Shown one piece after another: positions 41,185 through 50,633 of a stretch of DNA of 64,000 nucleotides. This DNA is from Alphaproteobacteria bacterium MarineAlpha12_Bin1. GTDB taxonomy: Bacteria > Pseudomonadota > Alphaproteobacteria > UBA6615. The position numbers and the translations under genes are program-made. The notes under the pieces are model-generated. The model was not told the origin of the DNA, searched no databases, and was given only the letters and a program-made list of their open reading frames with translations. The first letter of the stretch is position 1; the number at the start of each line of letters is the position of its first letter. The stretch is from contig PTJY01000001.1 of assembly GCA_002937505.1 (NCBI GenBank), positions 472,986-536,985 on the forward strand, read 5' to 3'.

Positions 41185-42258
41185 TTGTCCAAATCACTTG
41201 GAATTCTTGCCGCGGGTGCCCTTGCAGTAGGCTTGCTAGCAACTGCAGCTGTTCCCGCAAGCGCAGATAAATTTAATTTTCGAATGGCCTCTGGTCATGC
41301 ACCAGCTACTGGCTATGTACGAATGATGTCTGAGCAGTTTGCCCCACGTGTAAAAGCAAAGCTTGCCGCTATGGGACACAAGGCGACTTTCAACGAAGCC
41401 TACGGTGGATCAATAGTTAAGGTCGCTGAAACACTTGAAGGCGTTAAAGATGGAATCGTCGATCTTGGTGGATATTGCTTCTGCTTTGAACCATCAAATC
41501 TGTTTGTACACACTTATCCATTGTGGATGCCGTTTGATGCTCAAAATGCAGTTCTCGGAACTAAAGTAGCTCGAACTGTGTATAATAAAATCCCCCATAT
41601 GAATGGAGTGTTTGAAAAAAAGTATAATCAAAAGCTCTTGGGTTTATTTGGGTTTGATAACTACGGTCTCTACACCACCTTTCCATGGACCGACGTAAAA
41701 GAGCTTAAGGGACGTAAATTATCTGGTGCAGGTCCAAACCTACCTTGGGTTGAAGCTGTTGGCGCAATACCAGTTGGCACAACTTTGCCAGACGTATATC
41801 CTTCCCTTCAAACTGGCGTCTATGAAGGAGTACTGCTTTTCCCATCAGTTGGATGGAGTCATAAACTTTTTGAACCAGCCCCTCATTATAAAATTGCAGG
41901 TTTTGGTTCGAAAACTTTCCATGGAATTACCATCAATCTAGACACATGGAAAAAACTCCCTGCTGATGTCCAAAAAGCTATGTTAGAAGCCGGTCAGGAA
42001 ACTGAAGACTTCACAGGCCCTTGGGTTGACGAGCTAGAAGCAACAAACCTTGGTCGAATGGTCATGGCTGGCGCTATAGTGACTCGAGTGACTCCAGAGG
42101 CAAGATTGGCTTGGGCAAAAACTTTGGCAGGTTTTCCTAATATGAGAGCTAAAGAAGCGGACAAAAAAGGGTTACCAGGTTCTACCGTAGTCCGTATGGC
42201 TGTGGATGTTGCAGAAAAATTAGGTCACAAATGGCCTGTAAGGTATGAAATCAAATAG
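41185..42258 (+). CDS. TRAP transporter substrate-binding protein (DctP family)
   Basis: Signal peptide, YGGSI, LEGVKDGIVD, ELKG.K, VYPSLQTGV, IN.DTWKKLP; TTG start after GAGGAG. Confidence 0.9.
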   Translation: MSKSLGILAAGALAVGLLATAAVPASADKFNFRMASGHAPATGYVRMMSEQFAPRVKAKLAAMGHKATFNEAYGGSIVKVAETLEGVKDGIVDLGGYCFCFEPSNLFVHTYPLWMPFDAQNAVLGTKVARTVYNKIPHMNGVFEKKYNQKLLGLFGFDNYGLYTTFPWTDVKELKGRKLSGAGPNLPWVEAVGAIPVGTTLPDVYPSLQTGVYEGVLLFPSVGWSHKLFEPAPHYKIAGFGSKTFHGITINLDTWKKLPADVQKAMLEAGQETEDFTGPWVDELEATNLGRMVMAGAIVTRVTPEARLAWAKTLAGFPNMRAKEADKKGLPGSTVVRMAVDVAEKLGHKWPVRYEIK

Positions 42259-42286
42259 CCACAACAAACTTTATTGTATTTAAAAA

Positions 42287-42319
42287 ATGGGCCGGCTCTT
42301 CTGCCGGCCCATGTTTGTT
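42287..42319 (+). terminator. Intrinsic terminator after dctP
   Basis: 10-bp GC-rich stem ATGGGCCGGC/GCCGGCCCAT, A-tract before and GTTTGTT after. Confidence 0.78.
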
Positions 42320-42410
42320 GAAAACAGGTTTTAAAAACTATACTTTATAGTTAATGTTACTACTCAAGAAGTAGCTCCTGAATTAAAACTCCTACTTTAG
42401 AGAGTAGTCT

Positions 42411-42872
42411 ATGAACAACTCATTAGTTATGATTAGTTTTTTATATGTAACTCTATCTCTATTTGTCGCATCAGAAGTTAAAGGAAAATCTTTAATCAAC
42501 TTTCAAATAGATCGAGCAAACCCTGCAATAAACGCAACTCCTGCCGAAAGACCTCAGAAAACTTTTAGTGGTAGAGTAAATCCTAGAAATTGTCCGTTTG
42601 ATTTTAATGAGTATTTTTTAGGCCGTGTACAAGATGGAAATATAAGTGGAATGGCCGGAGAAGGAGTCAACTATGACTGGCCGATTCATACAAATGGTAC
42701 TTTCGGAGGAAAGCTGCCTCTAAAAAAACACCAAAATGGAAAATTTATCTTTCAATTGATTACGGGACGAGTAGATGGGGATAATCTACTAATGGACATA
42801 AAATATATACTACCAAATAACACTCAAACACTTTGCAAACAAAATGGAATAAAATTTTTTCTAGGTGGTTAA
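42411..42872 (+). CDS. Hypothetical exported protein
   Basis: 153-aa ORF, hydrophobic N-terminus, two Cys, no motif recognised. Confidence 0.6.
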   Translation: MNNSLVMISFLYVTLSLFVASEVKGKSLINFQIDRANPAINATPAERPQKTFSGRVNPRNCPFDFNEYFLGRVQDGNISGMAGEGVNYDWPIHTNGTFGGKLPLKKHQNGKFIFQLITGRVDGDNLLMDIKYILPNNTQTLCKQNGIKFFLGG

Positions 42873-42948
42873 ATCGACAGAAAAAACAAACTTTATGAGG
42901 CTCAATAGGTTTTGTTAAATAAATAAAATAACGCAGAGAAATATTTAG

Positions 42949-43359
42949 ATGGTGAATAAAAATAAAGTTCAAAAGAGTAATGAAGAGTGGCAATCACAAT
43001 TGACACCTGAACAATTTCATATCACTCGTGAACACGGCACTGAAAGGCCATTCAGTGGTGAATACAATACCAACAAACAAGACGGGATTTATAAATGTAT
43101 TTGTTGCGGTAATCCACTGTTCGATTCGAAGACTAAATACGATTCAGGCTCTGGTTGGCCTAGTTTTTATGAGGCCATTGCAGAAGATGCAATAGAGGAA
43201 ATAGAGGATCGCAGTTTAATGATGAAACGAATTGAAACAGTGTGTTCTAAGTGTGACGCACATCTTGGGCATGTCTTTCCAGACGGACCAGCGCCTACCG
43301 GATTGCGTTATTGTATGAATTCTCTATCCCTGAAGTTTGAGAAGTCTGAAAAGAAGTAA
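42949..43359 (+). CDS. msrB: Peptide-methionine (R)-S-oxide reductase
   Basis: [34 protein letters not shown]. Confidence 0.97.
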   Translation: MVNKNKVQKSNEEWQSQLTPEQFHITREHGTERPFSGEYNTNKQDGIYKCICCGNPLFDSKTKYDSGSGWPSFYEAIAEDAIEEIEDRSLMMKRIETVCSKCDAHLGHVFPDGPAPTGLRYCMNSLSLKFEKSEKK

Positions 43360-43435
43360 AAAGTTTTCAGTGGGCTTTATCAAAAGACTATATTTTATAG
43401 GTACAAAATGAATTAGCGCATTGTCTTGTCTATGA

Positions 43436-44422
43436 CTATTTAGACTTTCGAGTAATGTCTAAAAAGACCTGCTCAAGATCCGGCTCCTTAGAAGAAATAT
43501 CGTTCACAGTAAGCCCTGCTTCGGAGATTGCTTTAAGAACTGAATTTATTTCAGTTTTACTAGTTTGGTAACGAAAAACTAGTTCATTTTTATCATTTAA
43601 AACCGCATGGTATTTACTCAAATTAGATGGGATACCTTTGATTTTTTCTGAGATAGAAATTCTTAATTCTTTATTATCGAGCCTCGCTACAAGTTTTTCT
43701 GTCGGATCAGAAGTGATTAATTGACCATCGTTTATTATTGCAACTATATCACATAGCTGCTCTGCTTCTTCTATATAATGGGTTGTCAATATTATTGTGG
43801 TACCATTATTTTTAAGCTCAATTATAAACTCCCATAAAGATTGACGTAGTTCCACGTCAACGCCTGCCGTGGGCTCATCCAAAACTAAGACTGGAGGGTT
43901 ATGAACTAACGCTTTTGCAACTAATAAACGCCGACGCATACCGCCAGAAAGCTCTCGAGAAAAGGTATTCGCTACACCAATTAAACCTACCCTCTTTAAA
44001 ATATCTTCTGTGTGTCTTTCAATAGGGGGTACCCCATATAAGCCAGCCTGTAATTCAAGTAATTCCTTGGGGGTAAAAAAAGCGTCCAGATTTAGCTCTT
44101 GCGGGACAACCCCAATTGCTGACCGAGCAGCTCGGGGGTTTTTATCTATATCAATCCCCCAAACGCTGGCTTTTCCATCCGTTTTAAGGACTAAGCCAGC
44201 GAGAATATTGATAAAAGTTGATTTACCGGCCCCATTTGGCCCTAGAAGTCCAAATATCACACCACGAGGTACATCTAGGTCAAACGCTCTAAGGGCATGA
44301 ATATCCCTATTACCCTTAACTTTGTATATTTTTTCTAAACCTCGTGTGCTTACGGCCTTATCGGGCAAATAAGATTTATCCTTTATCAAGTTATTTATAT
44401 CTTTAGTGTCTTTCTTATTCAT
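43436..44422 (-). CDS. ABC-2 type ATP-binding protein (YadG-like)
   Basis: GPNGAGKS, LSGGMRRR, LDEPTAGVD; ATG 44422 preferred. Confidence 0.92.
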   Translation of the reverse strand: MNKKDTKDINNLIKDKSYLPDKAVSTRGLEKIYKVKGNRDIHALRAFDLDVPRGVIFGLLGPNGAGKSTFINILAGLVLKTDGKASVWGIDIDKNPRAARSAIGVVPQELNLDAFFTPKELLELQAGLYGVPPIERHTEDILKRVGLIGVANTFSRELSGGMRRRLLVAKALVHNPPVLVLDEPTAGVDVELRQSLWEFIIELKNNGTTIILTTHYIEEAEQLCDIVAIINDGQLITSDPTEKLVARLDNKELRISISEKIKGIPSNLSKYHAVLNDKNELVFRYQTSKTEINSVLKAISEAGLTVNDISSKEPDLEQVFLDITRKSK

Positions 44423-44549
44423 ACTATGACCACTATATAAAAAAAAAATTTTGGAAGTTAACACAAATCATGCTGATTATTTTTTCCTGTGCATCTATGA
44501 TGACATAAGCAGAATGACTTTTTAAGTAACATCAATTGGAGTGCAATAT

Positions 44550-44708
44550 ATGGAACCGGTTGAAATTGTGCAGGTCAATCAACAAACTTTTCACTGTGAT
44601 GGTGGGAATGACGTCCTAGGACACCCTCGAGTATTCCTTAATATAGGTCAAGAAAGTAAAGTAGACTGCCCATATTGCGGCCGCAGATATGTTCTAAAAG
44701 CTGATTAA
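44550..44708 (+). CDS. zf-CHCC zinc-finger protein (NDUFS6-like; not in ORF track)
   Basis: Translates MEPVEIVQVNQQTFHCDGGNDVLGHPRVFLNIGQESKVDCPYCGRRYVLKAD; GGAG RBS. Confidence 0.92.
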   Translation: MEPVEIVQVNQQTFHCDGGNDVLGHPRVFLNIGQESKVDCPYCGRRYVLKAD

Positions 44709-44762
44709 TAAAATTCCATACAATTAAGACGGAGCAAAAATAAACTGAATAAACAGTCCCTT

Positions 44763-45308
44763 ATGTCTCGTTTAGAAACAAAACGTTTGACTTTAATACC
44801 TGTTGATCGAACTTTAGGTCGCGCCCTTATAAAGAATAGGTCACACGCAGAAAGGTTAACCTCTGGACTACTCCACCGTGACTTTCCAGATGAGGATCTG
44901 TTGGCAAAGCTACCTGCCTTTGTTCAACGACTAGAAGACTCCGCCAATCCCGCACTCGGATCAACAGCGCCTCCTGATCCTCGGGGCTGGGGTCTCTGGC
45001 TTTTTTTTTACAAATTAGAACGCCTTACAGTTGGTGCAGCTTCTTTTAATGGTCCCCCTTTGGATGGAGAAGTGGAACTTGGCTATCAAGTGGTTCCAGC
45101 CCATCGTCGCAGAGGTTTGACATATGAAGGGTGTAAGGCCTTAATCGAATGGGCCTTTTTTGACTCACGTACACTACAAATTGTTGCTGATTGCGAATCG
45201 AATAATATTGCTTCAGTGAACACTCTTGAAAAACTGGGGTTCACTGTGATCGGAAATAATGCTGAACAGCTTAAGTGGGGTTTAACAAGGAGTAACTGGC
45301 ATTTTTAG
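44763..45308 (+). CDS. GNAT N-acetyltransferase (RimJ/RimL-like)
   Basis: LETKRL.L, ELGY, RRRG, N.AS...LEKLGF. Confidence 0.88.
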   Translation: MSRLETKRLTLIPVDRTLGRALIKNRSHAERLTSGLLHRDFPDEDLLAKLPAFVQRLEDSANPALGSTAPPDPRGWGLWLFFYKLERLTVGAASFNGPPLDGEVELGYQVVPAHRRRGLTYEGCKALIEWAFFDSRTLQIVADCESNNIASVNTLEKLGFTVIGNNAEQLKWGLTRSNWHF

Positions 45309-45364
45309 TTTGGTTCCAACTCAAATAGAAAAGTCTTGTTTCACTCCTACCTTGGGGAAAAAAT

Positions 45365-45991
45365 ATGGAAAGAAAAAGCTCGGACTACACTCTTTACGGA
45401 CATCCAGTTTCAGGGAATGCATACAAAGTGGCATTAATGCTATCTCTTTGCAGTATAGATTATGATTTTGAGATTGTTGATTTACCAGCTGGTGATAATT
45501 TAAGTGCTGAGTTTCTGGAAATAAATCCACTCGGAAAGATACCAGTTTTTCGTCATGGTGAACTCCTACTCAGACAAAGTCATGACGTCTTGAGGTATTT
45601 GGCTTCTCAAACAAGCCTTTTCGGGCCTAATGACTGGAATGAAGAAGCCAGAATTGGGGATTGGATTGGTTTTTCGGTAGACTTTCTTAGCTATGGTTTA
45701 GCTCGATTAAGGTTCGAGCTACTTTTTGGCAACGGCAAAGGGCCAATTTATGACTATTTTAAAACCTCCGCTGATAGAGGGCTTTCCTTACTTGAACCTC
45801 ATCTAAAAAATAATCAGTGGTTGGCATGTGAGCGCCCGACAATCGCTGACATATCGGTCTATCCTGTGATGACTTACCTCACAGACGGAGGCTATGATAC
45901 ATCCGACTTTTCTGGAATTACTTTATGGATGGAACGTTTCCAGTCGCTACAAGGCTTTGGAACGCAGTCAAAGTTAATGCCTGATGTATAA
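45365..45991 (+). CDS. Glutathione S-transferase family protein
   Basis: SGNAYKV, NPLGKIP, QS, TIADI. Confidence 0.9.
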   Translation: MERKSSDYTLYGHPVSGNAYKVALMLSLCSIDYDFEIVDLPAGDNLSAEFLEINPLGKIPVFRHGELLLRQSHDVLRYLASQTSLFGPNDWNEEARIGDWIGFSVDFLSYGLARLRFELLFGNGKGPIYDYFKTSADRGLSLLEPHLKNNQWLACERPTIADISVYPVMTYLTDGGYDTSDFSGITLWMERFQSLQGFGTQSKLMPDV

Positions 45992-46091
45992 AAGATATTA
46001 TCCCAATCCACTGAAAATTTCATAACAAGGACCAAGGAACTTATATTAGATAACGGTTGATCAAGCTAACGCAGAGATAGGATCTAATTCA

Positions 46092-48932
46092 GTGCAACAC
46101 AATAAAAAGCTATATCTAATTGACGGGTCAGGATTTATTTTCCGTGCATTCCACTCTTCACCATTAGATGCCTTTCGCAGATCAGATGGTATATATACAA
46201 ATGCTGTTGCAGGCTACTGCAGTATGCTGATGAAATTAATTGAAAAACCCCAGGTAGAAGGCAATATAGATTACATTGCAGTAATATTTGACGCTGCCCG
46301 CAAAACATTTCGTAATGATATCTATCCGCAGTATAAAGCCAATAGAGAAGCACCTCCCGAAGAATTAATTCCCCAGTTCGAACTAATACGCGAAGCCACT
46401 AGAGCGTTTAACTTACCGGCAATTCAAATGGAAGGGTATGAAGCTGATGATTTGATAGCCACCTATACAAACGATGCTATTAATCAAGGTATCGATGTTG
46501 TGATTGTATCTTCTGATAAAGATTTAATGCAGTTAGTTCAGCAAGGCGTAATAATGTTTGACCCAATGAAAGAGCAAGAAATAAATGAGCCTGATGTTAT
46601 AGAAAAGTTTGGAGTAACCCCTAGCAAGGTTATCGACGTCCAATCTCTTGCTGGAGACAGTTCAGATAATGTTCCTGGTGTGCCCGGAATCGGTGTAAAA
46701 ACAGCGGCACTTTTAATCAATGAGTACGGTGATTTAGAAACTCTTCTCTCAAATGCGGAAAACATAAAACAACCAAAAAGACGTCAGAACCTAGTGGATC
46801 ACGCTAATCTAGCCCTCATAAGTCGCCAGCTGGTCACATTAAAGAATGATGTGGTTCTGAAAGATAAGATAAACACTTTCTTGCTAGAAGACCCAGATCC
46901 AGAAAAACTAATATCTTTCTTAAAAAAAATGGAGTTTAGAACTCTTACTTCACGCATTGAAAGCCAACTCATAGCCAAAGGGGTATTAAGCAATAAAGAA
47001 TCTAGAGAAATCGAAAAATCTTCTGAAAAATTTAATTACGAATTAGTTCAGGAGGAAAAAGCATTAAACCAATGGCTTAAAGATGCTTATGAAGAGGGAA
47101 TAGTTGCCATAGACACAGAAACAACTTCTTTAAACTCTATGGAAGCTGAATTAGTTGGCTTTTCTCTGTGCACAGCTCCTGGAAGAGCATGCTATGTTCC
47201 AGTTGCCCACACCCGACCAACTTCAGGGGAGCTTAACTTAGAAGAGAAAAACGACCAAAATAGCAATAAAACCGAAAAGCAGTTTCCTATAAAAAACGCC
47301 TTATCCAAACTGAAGTCTCTTATCGAGAATCCTTCGGTATTAAAAGTAGCCCATAATGCCAAGTATGATCTTATGGTGCTTTCCAATAATTATAAAAAAT
47401 ATTTTCAAGAAGAAAACGAAAAAAACTGTGAAATCGTTCCCACAGCAATCGATGATACCATGTTATTAAGCTATGTCCTGGATGGAGGAAAAGGAAAACA
47501 TAATCTTGATGACCTAGCCTTACGCCACTTAAATCATAAAACTATAAAGTACAATGATCTAACAGGTAGTGGCAAAAATAAAATAAGTTTTTCTGAAGTC
47601 CCTATTCAAGATGCGTTAAATTACGCAGCTGAGGACGCTGATATAACCTTAAAGCTTCATCAAATTTTCAAAAGGCGCCTAACTGAAGAGCACATGAACA
47701 CGGTGTATCAAACTATAGAACGTCCATTAATTTCAGTTATTCTTGAAATGGAGAGAAATGGTGTGAAGGTAGATACTATCGCACTAAAAAATCTCTCGAA
47801 AGATTTTTCTAAAAGAACAGCGGACTTAGAAAAGTTAGCACACAGTCAAGCTGGAGAAACTTTTAACATTGGTTCACCGAAACAGCTGGGAGATATTCTC
47901 TTTAAGAAATTGGGAATTGAGGGCGGAAAGAAGGGAAAAACTGGCGCATTTTCTACAGGAGCCACTGTTTTAGAAGAATTATCTGCCCAAGGTCACGATT
48001 TGGCCAGAACTGTACTAGATTGGCGCCAACTAGCAAAACTGAAGTCAACCTATACAGACGCCTTAATTAATCAAGTTAGCCCCACCAGCGGTCGTATTCA
48101 TACCTCGTATGGTATGGCGATTGCACAAACAGGCCGGCTTTCATCTAATGAGCCCAATCTGCAGAACATTCCAATCAGAACAGAAGAAGGGCGTAAAATT
48201 CGTGAAACATTTATCGCCGAAAAAGGACACAAGCTGCTATCACTAGATTATTCTCAGATTGAATTACGCGTACTAGCCCATGTGGCTAATATAAAATCAT
48301 TAATTTCTGCCTTCGAAGAAGGACAAGATATCCATGCCATGACCGCCAGTCAGGTCTTTAAAACACCTTTAGACGGTCTATCTCCTGATCTTCGAAGGAG
48401 AGCAAAGGCTATAAACTTTGGAATTATTTATGGAATCTCTGCCTTTGGTCTAGCAAGAAATTTAGGAATAACTAGATCAGAAGCACAAGACTACATTAAG
48501 GCATATTTTGATAGATTTCCTGAAATTCAAGACTATATGAATGAAACAATCCTATTTGCTAAAAATAATGGGTACGTAGAGACAATATTTGGCCGCCGAA
48601 TACATCTAAATGGCATGAAGGATAAGAACCAGGCTATTAGAGGTAGCGCAGAGCGCCAAGCGATAAACGCTCCAATTCAGGGCGCCGCCGCCGATATAAT
48701 TAAGAGGGCAATGAACAGAATACCCAATTTACTAAATTTAAATAGTTTACGCGCAAAAATGTTACTTCAGGTCCATGATGAATTATTATTTGAAGTCCCA
48801 GAAGAAGAAATTGATAAATCCATTCAAGTTATAAAACAGATAATGGAACGCGCCGCAGAGCCAGGAACAAAGCTAGCGGTTCCACTAGTTGCCGATGCTG
48901 GTATCGGTAAAACATGGAATGATGCCCATTAA
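46092..48932 (+). CDS. polA: DNA polymerase I
   Basis: LIDGS 5'-3' exonuclease, IDTET 3'-5' exonuclease, DYSQIELR, RAKAINFGIIYG, LQVHDEL. Confidence 0.98.
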   Translation: MQHNKKLYLIDGSGFIFRAFHSSPLDAFRRSDGIYTNAVAGYCSMLMKLIEKPQVEGNIDYIAVIFDAARKTFRNDIYPQYKANREAPPEELIPQFELIREATRAFNLPAIQMEGYEADDLIATYTNDAINQGIDVVIVSSDKDLMQLVQQGVIMFDPMKEQEINEPDVIEKFGVTPSKVIDVQSLAGDSSDNVPGVPGIGVKTAALLINEYGDLETLLSNAENIKQPKRRQNLVDHANLALISRQLVTLKNDVVLKDKINTFLLEDPDPEKLISFLKKMEFRTLTSRIESQLIAKGVLSNKESREIEKSSEKFNYELVQEEKALNQWLKDAYEEGIVAIDTETTSLNSMEAELVGFSLCTAPGRACYVPVAHTRPTSGELNLEEKNDQNSNKTEKQFPIKNALSKLKSLIENPSVLKVAHNAKYDLMVLSNNYKKYFQEENEKNCEIVPTAIDDTMLLSYVLDGGKGKHNLDDLALRHLNHKTIKYNDLTGSGKNKISFSEVPIQDALNYAAEDADITLKLHQIFKRRLTEEHMNTVYQTIERPLISVILEMERNGVKVDTIALKNLSKDFSKRTADLEKLAHSQAGETFNIGSPKQLGDILFKKLGIEGGKKGKTGAFSTGATVLEELSAQGHDLARTVLDWRQLAKLKSTYTDALINQVSPTSGRIHTSYGMAIAQTGRLSSNEPNLQNIPIRTEEGRKIRETFIAEKGHKLLSLDYSQIELRVLAHVANIKSLISAFEEGQDIHAMTASQVFKTPLDGLSPDLRRRAKAINFGIIYGISAFGLARNLGITRSEAQDYIKAYFDRFPEIQDYMNETILFAKNNGYVETIFGRRIHLNGMKDKNQAIRGSAERQAINAPIQGAAADIIKRAMNRIPNLLNLNSLRAKMLLQVHDELLFEVPEEEIDKSIQVIKQIMERAAEPGTKLAVPLVADAGIGKTWNDAH

Positions 48933-48941
48933 AAAAAAACA

Positions 48942-48967
48942 CTTTTTTCAACAAAAGTTGAAAAAAG
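48942..48967. terminator. AT-rich hairpin just after polA (possible terminator)
   Basis: CTTTTTTCAAC-AAAA-GTTGAAAAAAG, perfect 11-bp inverted repeat. Confidence 0.5.
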
Positions 48968-49302
48968 ATTCCCCAAGTTGTCCAGACTAATTATTTTTTT
49001 TTTAATAAAAAAACTAATAATCGTATAATTAAAATAATGTGGATTTTCTAATAAACTCTTTAAAATCATACACTTCCTGAAATAAACTTTTTAAAATTAT
49101 CTATGTTCTCACTAAATACTAATCTGTGGTTTTGTTATTTATTTAAACATTAATTATTACTAATATTTATACTATTCGTATTGCAAAATGTTTAAGTAAC
49201 CTAGAAGATAGGTATTTGAAGGTAAAAAGTGTTTAAACTGTATACCCTGAATGACATGGATACAGTTGCTTGATGCCGATTTGGGGTGAGGGACCGACAT
49301 CA

Positions 49303-49800
49303 ATGAGTGATACAAGTGAAGTAAATAGTGAAGAGGGCGTAAGAACATCAGCTGTCGTTAAGTGGTTCAATCCAATTAAAGGTTATGGGTTTGTACAACC
49401 AGATGATGAAACTGGAGATGCTTTTGTCCACGTATCAGTTCTTGAGGCAGCTGGGCACAGGGATCTACCTGACGGGGCGATTGTAGATTGCGAGATAAGT
49501 GACGGCGCGAAAGGCCCGACCGTAACAACTATTTTCAGTGTTACTGAACCAGAAGGTGGTTCAGAACTAGCAGAGCAAGCAGAGCCTGACGGACCCTTAA
49601 TTGAAGGTGTCGTTAAGTTCTTTGACCCTAATAAGGGATATGGCTTTATAGTACCTGATGATGGGGGCCCTGATATCTTCATTTCTGGCCGAGTAGTGGC
49701 CAGCGGAGGTTTACGTTCTTTGGAGCCTGAGACAAAGGTAAAGGTAGGCACCCAAAAGGGCGATAAAGGTCCTTTGGCCGTGGTAGTTGAGCTTATCTGA
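49303..49800 (+). CDS. Cold-shock protein with two CSD domains
   Basis: VKWFN..KGYGFV..DAFVH and VKFFD..KGYGFI..DIFI; ATG 49303 preferred. Confidence 0.92.
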   Translation: MSDTSEVNSEEGVRTSAVVKWFNPIKGYGFVQPDDETGDAFVHVSVLEAAGHRDLPDGAIVDCEISDGAKGPTVTTIFSVTEPEGGSELAEQAEPDGPLIEGVVKFFDPNKGYGFIVPDDGGPDIFISGRVVASGGLRSLEPETKVKVGTQKGDKGPLAVVVELI

Positions 49801-49853
49801 TCAATTCTCTAGACCTCAGTTAAAGAGTTTGACTTTAATCTAATGGTCTTCTT

Positions 49854-50630
49854 TTAACCATGATTCTTAACGAGCCAATCAGTTAAAATCTGATTGAATA
49901 GTTCTGGTGCCTCCCAATAGGGGGAATGTCCTAGTCCTTCCAGCTCGATAACCGAGGCATGGGAAATATATGAAGCTACTTGATGGACCATAACTGGCGG
50001 GAAAAACATATCCTCCGACCCGACTATAAAAATGGTTGGAATAGAGAATTCTTTAAGCTCATCCGGACGTATTGATATCCCTTTTCCTGAAAGATGTTTC
50101 TGCCAACCAGGATTAAACCCCGAATTAGAATCTAAAATTTTTTCATACAGTTTATATAGCTCTGGTTCGCGTTCACTATAACCGGGAGCAAAAGCCCGAC
50201 CCGGAAGGCTTAATTTATTTTTAGCTTCATTTTCGCGAAGTTTCTTTCTTATTTCGGGCGTGCTGATCCCTCCTAAAGTGGAACATAAAACAATACCCGT
50301 TATACGTTCCGGATGTAATATGCCTAATTTCATACCAATTATACCACTCATCGATTGGCACACGAGCACAGCACGATCAATCTTTATAGCATCCATAATG
50401 GCTAATATATCCTCAACCATGAACTCTATTTGAAAGGATCCATCATCACATTTTGACCTACCAAATCCACGTTGATCTACATTAACCACCTTGTACTTTT
50501 TCATAAAAGTAGCCAATTGTCTCCACCAGCTAATGCTATTACCACCTCGCCCGTGAAGAAAGATTATCGGCAAACCCTCTCCTTCGCACTCGAACCAAAC
50601 CTCTGCGCCAAATTGCTTAACACAAGGCAT
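49854..50630 (-). CDS. Alpha/beta hydrolase
   Basis: FLHG, DQRGFGRS, QSM nucleophile elbow, GSED, GHS. Confidence 0.88.
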   Translation of the reverse strand: MPCVKQFGAEVWFECEGEGLPIIFLHGRGGNSISWWRQLATFMKKYKVVNVDQRGFGRSKCDDGSFQIEFMVEDILAIMDAIKIDRAVLVCQSMSGIIGMKLGILHPERITGIVLCSTLGGISTPEIRKKLRENEAKNKLSLPGRAFAPGYSEREPELYKLYEKILDSNSGFNPGWQKHLSGKGISIRPDELKEFSIPTIFIVGSEDMFFPPVMVHQVASYISHASVIELEGLGHSPYWEAPELFNQILTDWLVKNHG

Positions 50631-50633
50631 TTT

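Noticed and set aside
42949..43359. Selenoprotein MsrB
   Set aside because: The catalytic residue is Cys (RYCMNS, TGT codon), with no in-frame TGA.
48933..49200. Replication origin in the AT-rich spacer
   Set aside because: Only weak DnaA-box matches (e.g. TGTGGATTT), no box cluster and no typical origin-flanking genes.
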